Assembly (NCBI GenBank): GCA_963834945.1
Contig: CAWIDT010000006.1
Coordinates: 71,609-135,608 of the forward strand
Origin: an uncultured Alphaproteobacteria bacterium
Lineage (GTDB): Bacteria; Pseudomonadota; Alphaproteobacteria; Rhizobiales; Rhodomicrobiaceae
DNA length: 64,000 bases
Direction of reading: 5' to 3'
In this document: in pieces, positions 39,848-51,076 of the stretch
Layout: each line of letters begins with the position of its first letter
How positions within the stretch are numbered: the stretch's first letter is position 1
The notes under the pieces: model-generated
Seen by the model: the letters and a program-made list of their open reading frames with translations, nothing else
Databases searched by the model: none
What the model was told of the DNA's origin: nothing
Made by a program: the position numbers and the translations under genes

Positions 39848-40753
39848 ATGTTCACCCTGGCTCATCTTTCCGATATCCACATCGCGCCGATGCCGCGACC
39901 GGCCCTGCATGAGCTGATAAACAAGCGCATATTCGGCTATGTCAACTGGCAGCGCCGCCGCTTTCAGCACCAGCGGGAGATGTTGGACCGGCTCGTTGCG
40001 GACATGCTCGGCCACACGCCGGATCACATCGCGCTGACGGGCGATCTGGTGAACATCGCGCTGCCGGAGGAATTCCGCCAGGCGCGGCGCTGGCTGGATT
40101 CGGTGGGCGATCCGGCGCATATCACGGTCATTCCCGGCAATCACGATGCCTATGTGCCGTTCATGCGCGGGCCTGGCTTTCGCCAGTGGCGGCCTTATAT
40201 GCTGGCCAATCAGAAGGGCGCAAAATTCGCGGATGGCGAGCCGCGCGAATTTCCGTTCGTGCGCATCTTCGGCGATATCGCGCTGATCTGCCTGTCCTCC
40301 GCGCGGCCGACCTTTCCGGGCATGGCCTCGGGCTGGCTGGGCGGTGGACAGACGCGCCGCGTCGGCCCACTGCTCGATGCGCTCGGCCGTGACGGCTTTT
40401 GCCGCGTCGTGCTCATCCATCACCCGCCCTTGCCGGGCATGACAAGCTGGCAGCGCGCCCTTCACGATGCCGGCGCGTTCCGCAATGTCCTGGACCGGCA
40501 CGGCGCGGAGCTGGTTCTGCACGGCCATAATCACCGGCGCATGATTGCGAGATTTGAGGGCGCACGCGGCCCGATCCCGATTATCGGCGCCCCTTCCGCC
40601 TCCGTCCCCAGCGAAGAGCCCGCCAAGCGCGCCGGCTACAACATCTTCTCGATTGCCCGCGGCGGCAATGGCCAATGGCGGATTGCGATGCACAGCCGCG
40701 TCTTCAACCCGGCACGCGGCTTTGAAGATGTCCATCAGGAGTTGTTACCCTAA
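39848..40753 (+). CDS. Metallophosphoesterase (Icc/CpdA-like)
   Basis: HLSDIH, TGDLVN, PGNHD, IHHPP, LHGHNH. Confidence 0.9.
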   Translation: MFTLAHLSDIHIAPMPRPALHELINKRIFGYVNWQRRRFQHQREMLDRLVADMLGHTPDHIALTGDLVNIALPEEFRQARRWLDSVGDPAHITVIPGNHDAYVPFMRGPGFRQWRPYMLANQKGAKFADGEPREFPFVRIFGDIALICLSSARPTFPGMASGWLGGGQTRRVGPLLDALGRDGFCRVVLIHHPPLPGMTSWQRALHDAGAFRNVLDRHGAELVLHGHNHRRMIARFEGARGPIPIIGAPSASVPSEEPAKRAGYNIFSIARGGNGQWRIAMHSRVFNPARGFEDVHQELLP

Positions 40754-40870
40754 CCCGCGCCTTCATCAAGATCCCTTATGTCTCCCATGCGAAAATGTCG
40801 TTGGACAGCGCGGCCCATCGCCAGGATTCTTGCGCCCTGGCGGTAATTTCGGCTGCAATGGCGCATTCTC

Positions 40871-42097
40871 ATGCAAAAACGCATTGATCCAATCTGGTGG
40901 ATCGTTCTGGCTGCGGGCACCATCCTCGCGATCAATATGGGCATCCGGCAAACTTTTGGGCTGTTCCTGAAGCCGGTGACGCTGGATCTGGGCATGAGCC
41001 GTCAGGCCTTCGCCTTTTCCATCGCCCTGCTCAATCTGGTTTGGGGGCTTGGGTCGCCCTTTACCGGCGCGCTTAGCGACAAATTCGGTGCCCGATGGGT
41101 GCTGCTCGGCGGCGCCGGATTCTACGTCGCGGGCCTGATCGTCATGGCGATGGGCGGCAGCCAAAGCGCATTTTCGCTCAGCGGCGTCCTCATTGGCCTG
41201 GGCGTGGCGGGCAGCGGCTTTACCGCCGTGCTCGGCGTCGTGGGCCGTGCCGCTCCGCCCGAAAAGCGCGCGCTGGCGATCAGTCTCACCAGCATGGGCA
41301 GCGCCATCGGCCAATTCGCCGCGCTCCCCTATACGCACGTGCTGATCAGCGAAACGGGATGGGTGACGAGCCTGCTCGTGCTTGCGGGAACGGCGGCGGT
41401 CATGGCGCCGCTCGGCTTCGCGCTCGGCAGCGGGCCGGATGGGGGCGGCCGGCCGGCCGCGGCGGCTCCGATTGCCGAACAACGGATGGGCGCAGCCCTG
41501 GGCGAGGCGTTCAAGCATCCCAGTTTCATCCTTCTGACGGCGGGCTTCTATGTCTGCGGCTTTCAGCTCGCGGCAGTCGGGGTGCATCTGCCCGCCTTTC
41601 TGACAGATCAAGGCTTCGACGCGAGCCTGGGCGTCATCGCGCTCACGGTGATCGGGCTGACCAACATTGCCGGCACCTATGTCTGGGGCCGCGCGGGCGA
41701 TTTCATGCCCAAGCGGGTCGCGCTTACGCTCATCTATCTCGGCCGGGGCCTTGTATTCCTGGGGCTGCTTTATTTCCCGCTCACCGAGACCAGCGTCATC
41801 GCCTATGCGGCGATACTCGGCTTCCTGTGGCTGGGCACGATCCCGCTGACCAGCGGCCTGATCGTGACGTTTTTCGGCCCCCGCTGGCTGTCGATGCTCT
41901 ATGGCATCGTCTTCGTTTCGCATCAGGTCGGCGGTTTCATGGGCGCATGGCTGGGCGGCTGGCTCTACGACAAATACCAGTCCTACGACCTGCTCTGGTG
42001 GGCCGCAATCGCCGTCAGCCTGATGGCCGCCGCGCTGCATCTGCCGATCGGCGAGCGGCCGTCGCCCAGGCGTGCTATGCTGGCTCCGGCGGAATAG
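40871..42097 (+). CDS. MFS transporter
   Basis: GIRQTFGLF, GALSDKFG, YVCGFQ, SHQVGGFMG; about 12 TM. Confidence 0.9.
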   Translation: MQKRIDPIWWIVLAAGTILAINMGIRQTFGLFLKPVTLDLGMSRQAFAFSIALLNLVWGLGSPFTGALSDKFGARWVLLGGAGFYVAGLIVMAMGGSQSAFSLSGVLIGLGVAGSGFTAVLGVVGRAAPPEKRALAISLTSMGSAIGQFAALPYTHVLISETGWVTSLLVLAGTAAVMAPLGFALGSGPDGGGRPAAAAPIAEQRMGAALGEAFKHPSFILLTAGFYVCGFQLAAVGVHLPAFLTDQGFDASLGVIALTVIGLTNIAGTYVWGRAGDFMPKRVALTLIYLGRGLVFLGLLYFPLTETSVIAYAAILGFLWLGTIPLTSGLIVTFFGPRWLSMLYGIVFVSHQVGGFMGAWLGGWLYDKYQSYDLLWWAAIAVSLMAAALHLPIGERPSPRRAMLAPAE

Positions 42098-42112
42098 ACC
42101 GGGAGACGCCCC

Positions 42113-42250
42113 ATGCCGCTCGCCGCGCGGATCATCATCATCTCAAGCATCACGCTGCTCTGCGCGGGTGCGGCCTATTTGATGCTGGCGCGAGGCCCCG
42201 CGCTGCTGATCGATCTTTCGGCGGCGGCTTCGCGGGTGCTTTGCTTGTAG
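42113..42250 (+). CDS. Small 45-aa membrane protein
   Basis: GGAG RBS; MPLAARIIIISSITLLCAGAAYLMLARGPALLIDLSAAASRVLCL*; below ORF-track cutoff. Confidence 0.55.
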   Translation: MPLAARIIIISSITLLCAGAAYLMLARGPALLIDLSAAASRVLCL

Positions 42251-42290
42251 GACTTGCTTATCCGGCGGCATCGATGCCCAGACCGGCGGA

Positions 42291-44287
42291 TCAGCCCAGC
42301 CCTATACGAAGTGCACCGCGCCGGAAGACTGCCTCGGTCTCCGGCGGAAAGCGGAAGGTGGCGAGGAAATCATCGACCCTATATTGCGGATGCGTCTTGC
42401 GAATTGCAGCGGCAAAGGCGCGTCCTTCGTCGAGCCTGCCTGCCAGTCCGAGGCAATGAGCGGCGATCGCCTGTATGATGGTATGCGCGTTGGGGCGGGC
42501 GGCGGCCTTCATGGCCCACTCCCCGGCTTCCTCGAACTGGCCAAGCCGGACATGGGCCATGGCCCGGGCGCCGAGCATGCCGAACAGCAGCGGGTCGAAG
42601 GGGCTCAGATGACGCGAATGATCGGCTGATCCGATCGCGGAGAGCGGATCACCAGACTGCGCGTGCACAAAGGACAAGCGCATAATGCCCGAGCGCGAAA
42701 TTGGGGCTGAGATCCACCGCCCTCTCCAATTCGCTCAAGCATTCAGTCCTGCCGCCCACGCAGCCATAGCGCCCTACCCATGGCCCAATGCGCCGCCGGG
42801 TCACGGTCGTCGATGATCAGGCCGCGCCCGGCGGCCTCGAAAGCGCGGTCGCTTTCGCTTTGGCGGTCCGCCCAACTCTGGAAGGCGTTCTGCCAGTGCG
42901 TGAAGGACATGCCGGCATGGGCGCGCGCGAAGGTCGGGTCGAGCCCTATCGCCATCTCGAAGAAGTGCTGCGCCATGTCATTGTCGACCTGAGTGAAGCG
43001 GTACATGTGCCAAAGGCCGCGATGATAGGCCTCCCAGGCATCCAGCGAGTTGGGCGGCTTCAAGATGGCGCGATTTCTTTCGGCCAGCTCGATTTCGTTG
43101 GCGATGGACGAGACGATCCGGTTGCCGATTTCGTCGAGCATCATGAAAGCGTCGTCCGGCTTGTGGTCGAAGACCTCCGTCCACACAATGCCTGCGGTCC
43201 GCGCCTCGACGAGTTCGATCATCACGACGAGGCGACCGCCCTCACGGCGCACGCTTCCGCTGGCGACATAATCGACGTTCAACTGCCGGCCGGCGTCCTG
43301 CGCGCTCACGCCTCGCTCGGCGAGTGCAAAAACGGAGCCTCGGGCAATGATGAAAAGGCTCCGGAGCTTGGCCAGCCGGGTGATGATGTCGTGGGTGAGA
43401 CCGTGCGCAAGCCCGCCGCGCGCGCCGCTTTCGTTCGCGTGCTCGGCGAACGGCATGACGGCGAGCGAGGCGCGGCGCGGGGAGACGACGCTTTCGGCGG
43501 GACCGGCGACCGGGAAGGATTCGGGGGTCACGGGCGTTGCCTGGCTGATGCGCACTCCCGTTCGCCTCGGTTTGATGGCGTTCCATGCCAGAAGCACCGG
43601 CCCGAATTCGAGATCCTCGGCCTTGAAGCTCCTGGCCGCCGCCGCGATGTGCTCCTCGCAGTCGCCTATCCGGCCGCGCTCCGCCAGTGCGCCGAGCAGC
43701 GCCGCATGCGCGCGCACATCGAATGGCGCGATGTCCAGCCATCGCTCCAGACAGGGCAAGGCATCATCACCGCCGCGCGCCAGCCGGGCGCCAAGGCATT
43801 CCAGCACCGCTGCGTGAAAGCCTCTGAACCGGCGCCTTTGCGCCATCAGCCAACTGTCGAATTGCGGGCTGCGCTCCACCGCCAGCCCTTCCATGAAGTC
43901 CCCGGCGAACAGTTCGGACACCGCCCGCAACCTGTCCAGGCCGAGCCCCTCCATGCGCTCCTCGCATGCGGCCGTGACCTCGGCGGCATCCACCATACAG
44001 CCGCGCAGATCGATCGAGACCAGATCGCCCGAAGCGAGCACCCTGGGCCGGCCAGGTTCGTCCAGCGCGCCTCTCAGCTTGCTGAGGCACCAGCGAAGCT
44101 CGCCCCTGGGATCGTCAGGAACATCCCATAGAAGGCCGCAAAGCCGGCCGCGCCCGACCGCGCGCGGGGAAAGCGCAAGATAGGCGAACAGCGCGCGCAG
44201 CTTGCGTGAGGCCGGCAGTTCCAGCGCCGTCCCGTTCCGGCCAAGGGAAAGTGGGCCGAGCATCCGCACATGAAGGCCGGCAGCCAT
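42291..44287 (-). CDS. SARP/BTAD-type transcriptional regulator with TolB-like and TPR region (frameshifted near 42685-42745)
   Basis: RKLRALFAYL, LRWCLSKLR, SLAVMPF, IITRLAKLRSLFIIARGS, LDAWEAYHRGL; C-terminus in ORF 42291..42683. Confidence 0.82.
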
Positions 44288-44474
44288 CAAATCTGGCTCT
44301 GATGAGGTGGATTCCACGCGCGTTCCCACGCTTCCTCCCACGTTAGCACCCCAGGATTTGTTTTATCATTTGCACCGAGGGAGCGCATCCTGCATCGACG
44401 CGGGAACCCACGGCATGGAGTTTCGCTTCGCCGCGATCGGATCGGGCTCAATTTGGCCATTATGGAGATCACAC

Positions 44475-45561
44475 ATGCAACATCAAGCAGAAATCAGGAC
44501 GACCGCCGGACGCGGGCGCCTCTTCGACAGCATTCTCGACACGGTCGGCGATACACCGGCAATCCGGATCAACAATCTTGGGCGTGGACGGGCGGACCAT
44601 CTACGTCAAGGCCGAGTTCTTCAACCCCGCCGGCTCGGTGAAGGACCGCCTCGCGCTCAACATCATCGAAGAGGCCGAACGCAACGGCGCATAAAGCCGG
44701 GCCAGACCGTGGTCGAGGCGACCAGCGGCAATACCGGCATCGGCCTCGCCATGGTCTGCGCGCAAAAAGGCTATCCGCTGGTCGTGACCATGGCCGACAG
44801 CTTCTCCATCGAGCGCCGCAAGCTGATGCGCATGCTGGGCGCCAAGGTGGTGCTGACGCCTCGCGCGGAAAAGGGCGTCGGCATGTATAAGAAGGCGGTG
44901 GAACTGGCCGAGGCCAATGGCTGGTTCCTGGCGCACCAATTCGAAACCGCCGCCAACGCGGCCATCCACGAGACGACGACGGCGCGCGAGATCATCAATG
45001 ACTTTGCCGGTTCGCGGCTCGACTGTTTCGTAACCGGATATGGAACGGGTGGCACCGTTGCGGGTGTCGGCCGCGTCCTGCGCCGGGAACGGCCCGAAAC
45101 GCGCATCGTGCTCAGCGAACCCGCCAACGCGCAGCTGGTCGGCAGCGGCCGGGCGCAGGAGCGGACCGCCGATGGCGCTCCCGCCGTCAGCCATCCGGCC
45201 TTCGAGCCGCATCCCATCCAGGGCTGGACCCCGGATTTCATTCCGCTGGTGCTGCAGGAAGCGATCGATTCCAGCCTCTATGACGAGATCGTGCCGGTCG
45301 CCGGAAGCGAGGGCATCAAATGGGCAAAGGCGCTGGCGCAAAAGGAGGGAATCTTTGTCGGCATTTCCGCCGGAGCCAGCTTTGCCGTGGCGCGCCAGGT
45401 CGCCGAGCGCCTGCCGGCTGGATCGGTGATCCTGTGCATGCTTCCCGACACCGGCGAACGCTATCTGACGACGCCGCTGTTCGAGAGCATCGAGGCCGAG
45501 ATGAACGAGGAGGAAACGCGCCCTGTCGCGCTCCACGCCCGGCTTCCAGTTCGCCGCTTGA
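44475..45561 (+). CDS. cysK: Cysteine synthase (PLP, CysK-like), frameshifted
   Basis: VKAEFFNPAGSVKDRLA (alternative frame), EATSGNTGIGLA, GTGGT, IQGW, PDTGERYL; shifts near 44585, 44690, 45520. Confidence 0.85.
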
Positions 45562-45582
45562 CGAGGCCGAGGGAGCAGGCGA

Positions 45583-47074
45583 ATGGACATGCCGCGGAAT
45601 ATCCCGAGCGCGGGCGGCCGAGGAAACACTCGATCCCGCGAATTGGGCCGATGCCCAGGCCCTCTCGCACCGGATCGTCGAGGATTCGATCGCCTATCTG
45701 CAAGGCGTGCGCGAGCGTCCCGTATGGCGGAATATGCCCGCCGAGGTGAAGGATGTCTTCCAGGCTCCTTTGCCCCGGTCGGGAGTGCCGCTCTCGGACG
45801 TCTATCGCGAGGTGGCCGAAACGGTGATGCCCTATCCGATGGGCAACATCCATCCGCGATTCTGGTCCTGGTATATGGGCGCGGGCAATTTCGCCGGAGC
45901 GCTCGGCGATTTTCTCGCGGCGATCCAGGGCTCCAATCTCGGGGGCGGCAATCACGCCGCCGCCCTCATGGATGGCCAGGTGGTGGACTGGTTCAAGACG
46001 ATGGTCGGCTTTCCGGCGTCGGCGAGCGGTACGCTGGTCAGCGGCGGCTCGATCGCCAACCTCATCGGTCTTACCGTGGCCCGGAACGTCCATGCCGGGA
46101 TCGATGTGCGCGAAGAGGGTGTCGCCGCCATCGAAAGTCCATTGCGCTTCTACGGATCGGATCAGATCCACTCTTGCCACCGCAAGGCGATGGAGGCGCT
46201 TGGTCTGGGGAACCGCGCGCTGCGCCGCATCCCGACGGACGCCGGATTGCGCATCGATCTGGCTGCCCTGCGCGCCGCGATAGAGGAAGACCGCGCGGCC
46301 GGACTTCAGGCCGGCCTGCATCATCGGCACTGCCGGCACGGTCAACACCGGCGCGATCGATGATCTGCAGGCCCTGGCGGCGCTGGCGGCCGAAGAGAAG
46401 CTCTGGTTTCACGTCGATGGCTGTATCGGAGCGCTGATCGCCATCGCCCCGGAAAACGCCTATCGCGTCGCCGGCATCGAACGCGCCGATTCCGTCGCGC
46501 TGGACCCGCATAAATGGCTGCACGCGCCATTCGAGGCGGGATGCGCCCTCGTCCGCGATGCCTCGGCGCATCGAAGCGCCTTCGCCGTAACGCCGGAATA
46601 TCTGGAATCGGCGCCGCGAGGCCTGGCGGCGGCGCCGTGGCTGCACGAATACGGACTTCAGACCACGCGCGGCTTCCGGGCGTTGAAGATATGGATGGCG
46701 ATCAAGGAGCATGGGGCCGACAAATTCGGCCGCCTCATCGACCAGAACATCGCGCAGGGCCAGTATCTAAGCCGATTGATCGAAGACAGAACCGTGTCTC
46801 GAACTGGTGGCACCGAGCAGCATCAACATCGTTTGCTTCCGATACCGTGCCGCCGACCCTTGCCGGAGATGCGCTGAAGGCGCTCAATATCGAGATCATG
46901 CTGCGGCTTCAGGAGGAGGGCATCGCTGCGCTCTCGGATACAACGGTGGGAGGCAGGCACTGCCTTCGCGCGGCGATCAACAATCACCGTACCCGATATG
47001 AGGATCTCGACCTGCTAATTCGTGAAGTGGTTCGGTTGGGGACGGAAATCGTCAATTGCCCCACGGCCAGCTAA
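45583..47074 (+). CDS. Group II PLP-dependent (aromatic amino acid/glutamate-type) decarboxylase, frameshifted
   Basis: HPRFWSW, SGGSIAN, GTAGTVNTGAID, WFHVDG, DPHKW, RALKIW, NIVCFRY across frames; shifts near 45610, 46303, 46790, 46858. Confidence 0.85.
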
Positions 47075-47121
47075 TTCAGGGATGGCGGCGGTTACTCGCC
47101 TGGGCAACCGCCGCCAGAACC

Positions 47122-47379
47122 TTAGAAGCCGATCCAGACGCCTTTGCGCCAATATCCACGGCCCTCGTGCTCGCGCCACCGGTATTTGTCGTGGTCGCCG
47201 TCGCTCCATCTCCAATTGTCGGGATGAATGACAACGCCGAATTCGGGATGATATTTATGATGCTTCTTCACATGCCAGCAATCGCCATCTTCGTTGCAAA
47301 CGATTTCGGCTGATGCGGCACTAGCAGTCACGGCCAGACCGCACGCGGCTGCGAAGACAATTGCAGTTAGATTTTTCAT
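47122..47379 (-). CDS. Small secreted His/Trp-rich protein
   Basis: Signal peptide; IVCNEDGDCWH..VIHPDNWRW..REHEGRGYW; GAGGAG RBS. Confidence 0.8.
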   Translation of the reverse strand: MKNLTAIVFAAACGLAVTASAASAEIVCNEDGDCWHVKKHHKYHPEFGVVIHPDNWRWSDGDHDKYRWREHEGRGYWRKGVWIGF

Positions 47380-47412
47380 AGTTGCTCCTCTATTTCATTC
47401 CTGTGCGACCGA

Positions 47413-47437
47413 AACGCTTAATGGTGCAAATGGTTTC
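47413..47437 (-). promoter_or_regulatory. Possible EcfG-type promoter
   Basis: GAAAC-N16-CGTT on minus strand about 35 nt upstream of ATG 47379. Confidence 0.35.
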
Positions 47438-47615
47438 CTGGGGAGCCACGCGGGTAAAACTAATTGAAGCCATCGGAGGTTGTCGCAACACTCAGTCTCA
47501 GATCTCGGAAGGTCCCAATTTCCCAAGGCGCAGCAAAAGGTGACGCCTGCGTCAAGTCGCTGTAAACAGAGGTGGCGCACAATACGAATCCGCCCCCGCC
47601 AGGAGCCCGCCGCCC

Positions 47616-49632
47616 GTGTTCACCAAAATCCTGATCGCCAATCGCGGCGAGATTGCCTGCCGGATCATCAAGACGGCGCGCAAGATGGGCATCAAGACGG
47701 TGGCGGTCTATTCCGACGCCGATATCGACGCGCTGCATAAGGAGATGGCCGACGAGGCGGTGCATATCGGCCCGGCACCGGCGGCACAGTCCTATCTGGT
47801 GATCGACAAGGTGATCGAGGCGGCCAAGGCGACCGGCGCGGAGGCGATCCATCCCGGCTATGGCTTTCTGTCGGAAAACGCCGCTTTCGCCGAGGCGCTG
47901 GCCGCCGCCGGCATCGCCTTCATCGGCCCTAATATCGAAGCCATCAGGGCGATGGGCGACAAGATCGAATTCGAAGAAGTTCGCCAACGCCGCCAAGGTC
48001 AGCACCGTGCCCGGATATCTCGGCGTTATCGCCGATGCGGCCGAGGCCATCCGTATCGCCGATGAGATCGGCTATCCCGTGATGATCAAGGCGTCGGCTG
48101 GCGGCGGCGGCAAGGGCATGCGCATCGCCCATAGCGCCGGAGAGGTGGAGCAGGGCTTCAAATCGTCCAAATCCGAGGCGAAATCCTCCTTCGGCGACGA
48201 CCGGGTCTTCATCGAGAAATTCGTCGAAAATCCGCGCCATATCGAGATCCAGGTGCTGGGCGACAAGCACGGTAACGTCGTGCATCTGTTCGAGCGCGAA
48301 TGCTCTATCCAGCGCCGCAATCAGAAGGTGGTCGAGGAGGCGCCCAGCCCGTTTCTGGACGAGGAGACGCGCGAGGCGATGGGCACGCAAGCTGTGGCGC
48401 TCGCCCGCGCCGTGAATTACGAAAGCGCCGGGACGGTCGAATTCATCGTCGACCAGAGCCGCAATTTCTACTTTCTGGAGATGAACACCCGGCTACAGGT
48501 CGAGCATCCGGTCACGGAGCTGATCACCGGCATCGACCTCGTCGAGCAGATGATCCGGGTCGCGGCGGGTGAGATGCTGCCCTTCGTGCAGGGCCAGCTC
48601 GAAATCAACGGCTGGGCGATCGAATCCCGTGTCTATGCCGAAGATCCGACCCGCAATTTCCTCCCCTCGATCGGGCGCCTCGTGCGCTATCAGCCGCCGG
48701 CGGAGGGCATGCGCGGGGGCTATACCGTGCGCAACGACACCGGCGTCTATGAGGGCGGCGAAATCTCGCTTTATTACGACCCGATGATCGCCAAGCTCGT
48801 GACCCATAGCCCAACGCGGGACGCAGCCATCGATCACATGGCACGCGCGCTCGACGCCTTCTATATCGACGGCATCCGCCACAATATTCCGTTCCTTTCG
48901 GCGATCATGCAGCATCCGCGCTGGCGGAGGGGGGCGCTTTCGACCGGCTTCATCGCCGAGGAGTTCCCGGATGGGTTCACCCCGTTGCAACCCCAGGGCA
49001 AGCATCTGACCGATCTCGCGGCGGTAGCGGCTTCGGTCGATCACGTCTCCAATGAGCGGCGGCGGCAGATCTCCGGGCAGATGTCGGGCGAGCCGGTCCG
49101 CTTCACCGATCTCCGCGTCGTCACTCTGGGGCGCGAGCGCGTCAAACTCTGCGTGTCTGGAAAGATCGGCGGGCCTTTCGTCGTGACCCTCCCTGCGGGG
49201 GAAGCGGCGGCGCGCAGCATCAGCGTCGAGACGGATTGGTGGCCCGGCAAACCTGTCTGGCACGGCACGCTCGATGATGAGCCAATTTCCGTGCAGGTGC
49301 GGCCGATCCTCAACGGCGTCGAGCTCACCTATGCAGGGTCCGTCGTGCTGGCGCGCGTCTACACGGAGCGTGAAGCGGAACTTGCGGCGCTGATGCCGGA
49401 GAAAAAGCGCGCCGACACATCGAAAGTGCTGCGCTGTCCGATGCCGGGGCTCGTGCGCGCCATCAACGTCGCCGAGGGCCAGCAGGTCAAGGCCGGTGAG
49501 CCGCTCTGTACCGTCGAGGCGATGAAGATGGAGAACATTTTGCGCGCCGAGCGGGATGCGACGGTCAAGAGCGTCAAGGCGAAAGCCGGCGACAGTCTGG
49601 CCGTAGACGCGGTGATCATGGAGTTTGTGTAG
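47616..49632 (+). CDS. pccA: Propionyl-CoA carboxylase alpha subunit (frameshift near 47970)
   Basis: [55 protein letters not shown]; split over two ORFs. Confidence 0.93.
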
Positions 49633-49644
49633 GCGAGGAGGCGC

Positions 49645-50031
49645 TCATTCGGTCTCGATCGCGTCCACCTTGCCTGGGTAGAATGCGGCGTGATCCTTGA
49701 TCGCCACAACCTCGTCATAGGGCGCCTGATAGGCCCAGACCGCGTTGTCGGCGCGCTTGCCCCCAGCCAGAAGTGACCAGTAGCTCGCGGTGCCCTTATA
49801 GGGGCAGTAGCTGGAATGCCGGGTAGCCTCGATGGCGTCGGGCCGGATATCCGCAAACGGAATGTAATAGACGGGCGGGTAATTCCCCTCATGCAGCGTC
49901 AGCGCGGTGCCGCTATCGGCTATGGTTTCGCCATTGAATACCACGCGCACGCGGGACGGGCCGGGTTCTATGACGATGCGATGCTGGGGATTCCGCTTAT
50001 AGCCGGGACCTGAATTGCTGGCTTCGCTCAT
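49645..50031 (-). CDS. DUF427 domain protein
   Basis: YPPVYYIP, SYCPYKGTASYW, AVWAY, AAFY. Confidence 0.9.
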   Translation of the reverse strand: MSEASNSGPGYKRNPQHRIVIEPGPSRVRVVFNGETIADSGTALTLHEGNYPPVYYIPFADIRPDAIEATRHSSYCPYKGTASYWSLLAGGKRADNAVWAYQAPYDEVVAIKDHAAFYPGKVDAIETE

Positions 50032-50095
50032 GCGGGCTTGCCCCTTCTCGACAGCCTATCGCGGTGAGATGGGCACCGCGGCGAGAATCGCAATC

Positions 50096-50836
50096 CTATT
50101 CGAAGGCAAGCGCCGCGGCCGGATAGATGGTATTGGCCGGCCGCGCCATGGCGTGTTGCGCCGTGCCTGCCTGGCTGTCGGCGAAATATTCGGGCGGAAG
50201 GCGGGTAATCAGCGATGCGATCAGCGAACCGTGCGAAGTGATGTGTTCACGCATGGCCCGGTCGGCAGCGTCGGTATCGCCCTTCTTGATCGTGTCGATC
50301 ACCGTCTGATGCTCCCGGAACGAATCGCGAAGCCGGTTGTTGCGTCTCAGCTGAAAGCGGCGATAGGCACCGAGCCTGTTGCGGACAGAAACCGTTTGTT
50401 TGATCAGATAGCCGTTGTGGCTGGCGCGATAGATGGCATCGTGGAAGCGGGCATTTGCGAGGCAATAGCCTTCGATATCGTCGGCTTCGCTGCGCGCCCG
50501 GCAGATTTCGTGGGCGTCGGCGATCTGCGTCACCTCCTCAGGGGTGGCATGTTTGGCGGCGAGTCTGGCGCACACCCCTTCGTAGATCGCCATCATCTCG
50601 AACATCTCGATCAATTCGGTCATGCTCAGACCGGAGACCACCGCGCCCCGATGGGTCCGGATGCGGACCAAGCCTTCCGCCGCGAGCTGGCGGAGCGCCT
50701 CACGCACCGGCGTTCGCGAACTGCCGAAACGCTCCGCCAGCCGCGATTCGTCGAGACGCTCGCCCGGCTTGAACTTGAACATCAAAATTTCGTGCTCGAT
50801 TTTGAGTTTAAGCGTTTCCGCGATCGACGGCGCCAT
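50096..50836 (-). CDS. GntR/FCD regulator (MatR-like)
   Basis: PGERLDE..LAERFGSSRTPVREAL, NARFHDAI, EH; divergent from malonyl-CoA decarboxylase. Confidence 0.88.
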   Translation of the reverse strand: MAPSIAETLKLKIEHEILMFKFKPGERLDESRLAERFGSSRTPVREALRQLAAEGLVRIRTHRGAVVSGLSMTELIEMFEMMAIYEGVCARLAAKHATPEEVTQIADAHEICRARSEADDIEGYCLANARFHDAIYRASHNGYLIKQTVSVRNRLGAYRRFQLRRNNRLRDSFREHQTVIDTIKKGDTDAADRAMREHITSHGSLIASLITRLPPEYFADSQAGTAQHAMARPANTIYPAAALAFE

Positions 50837-50931
50837 GGAAAATCCTGCCTGACTGCACTTCAACCGAATTGCAAGATGGATCGCTTGCGAAGCTACCTGC
50901 CAAATCCGCGCGAGGCAGCAACGGCTGAACC

Positions 50932-50939
50932 CGTATACG
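50932..50939. promoter_or_regulatory. Candidate GntR/MatR operator core
   Basis: CGTATACG palindrome in the divergent intergenic region. Confidence 0.35.
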
Positions 50940-51076
50940 AAATATGCAGCAGGGTATAAAATGTTTTTTTCAAGAAAAGTTATCTTAGCAAGAATACTTG
51001 TTCTTAGGGAGGCAAGCCAAGCCGAGCGCTGACGATTAGGATTATTACGGATACGCCGTGAATTGCGGGAGCAGGA

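Noticed and set aside
47940-48000. Programmed frameshift in pccA
   Set aside because: No slippery sequence; many neighbours have similar indels, pointing to sequence error
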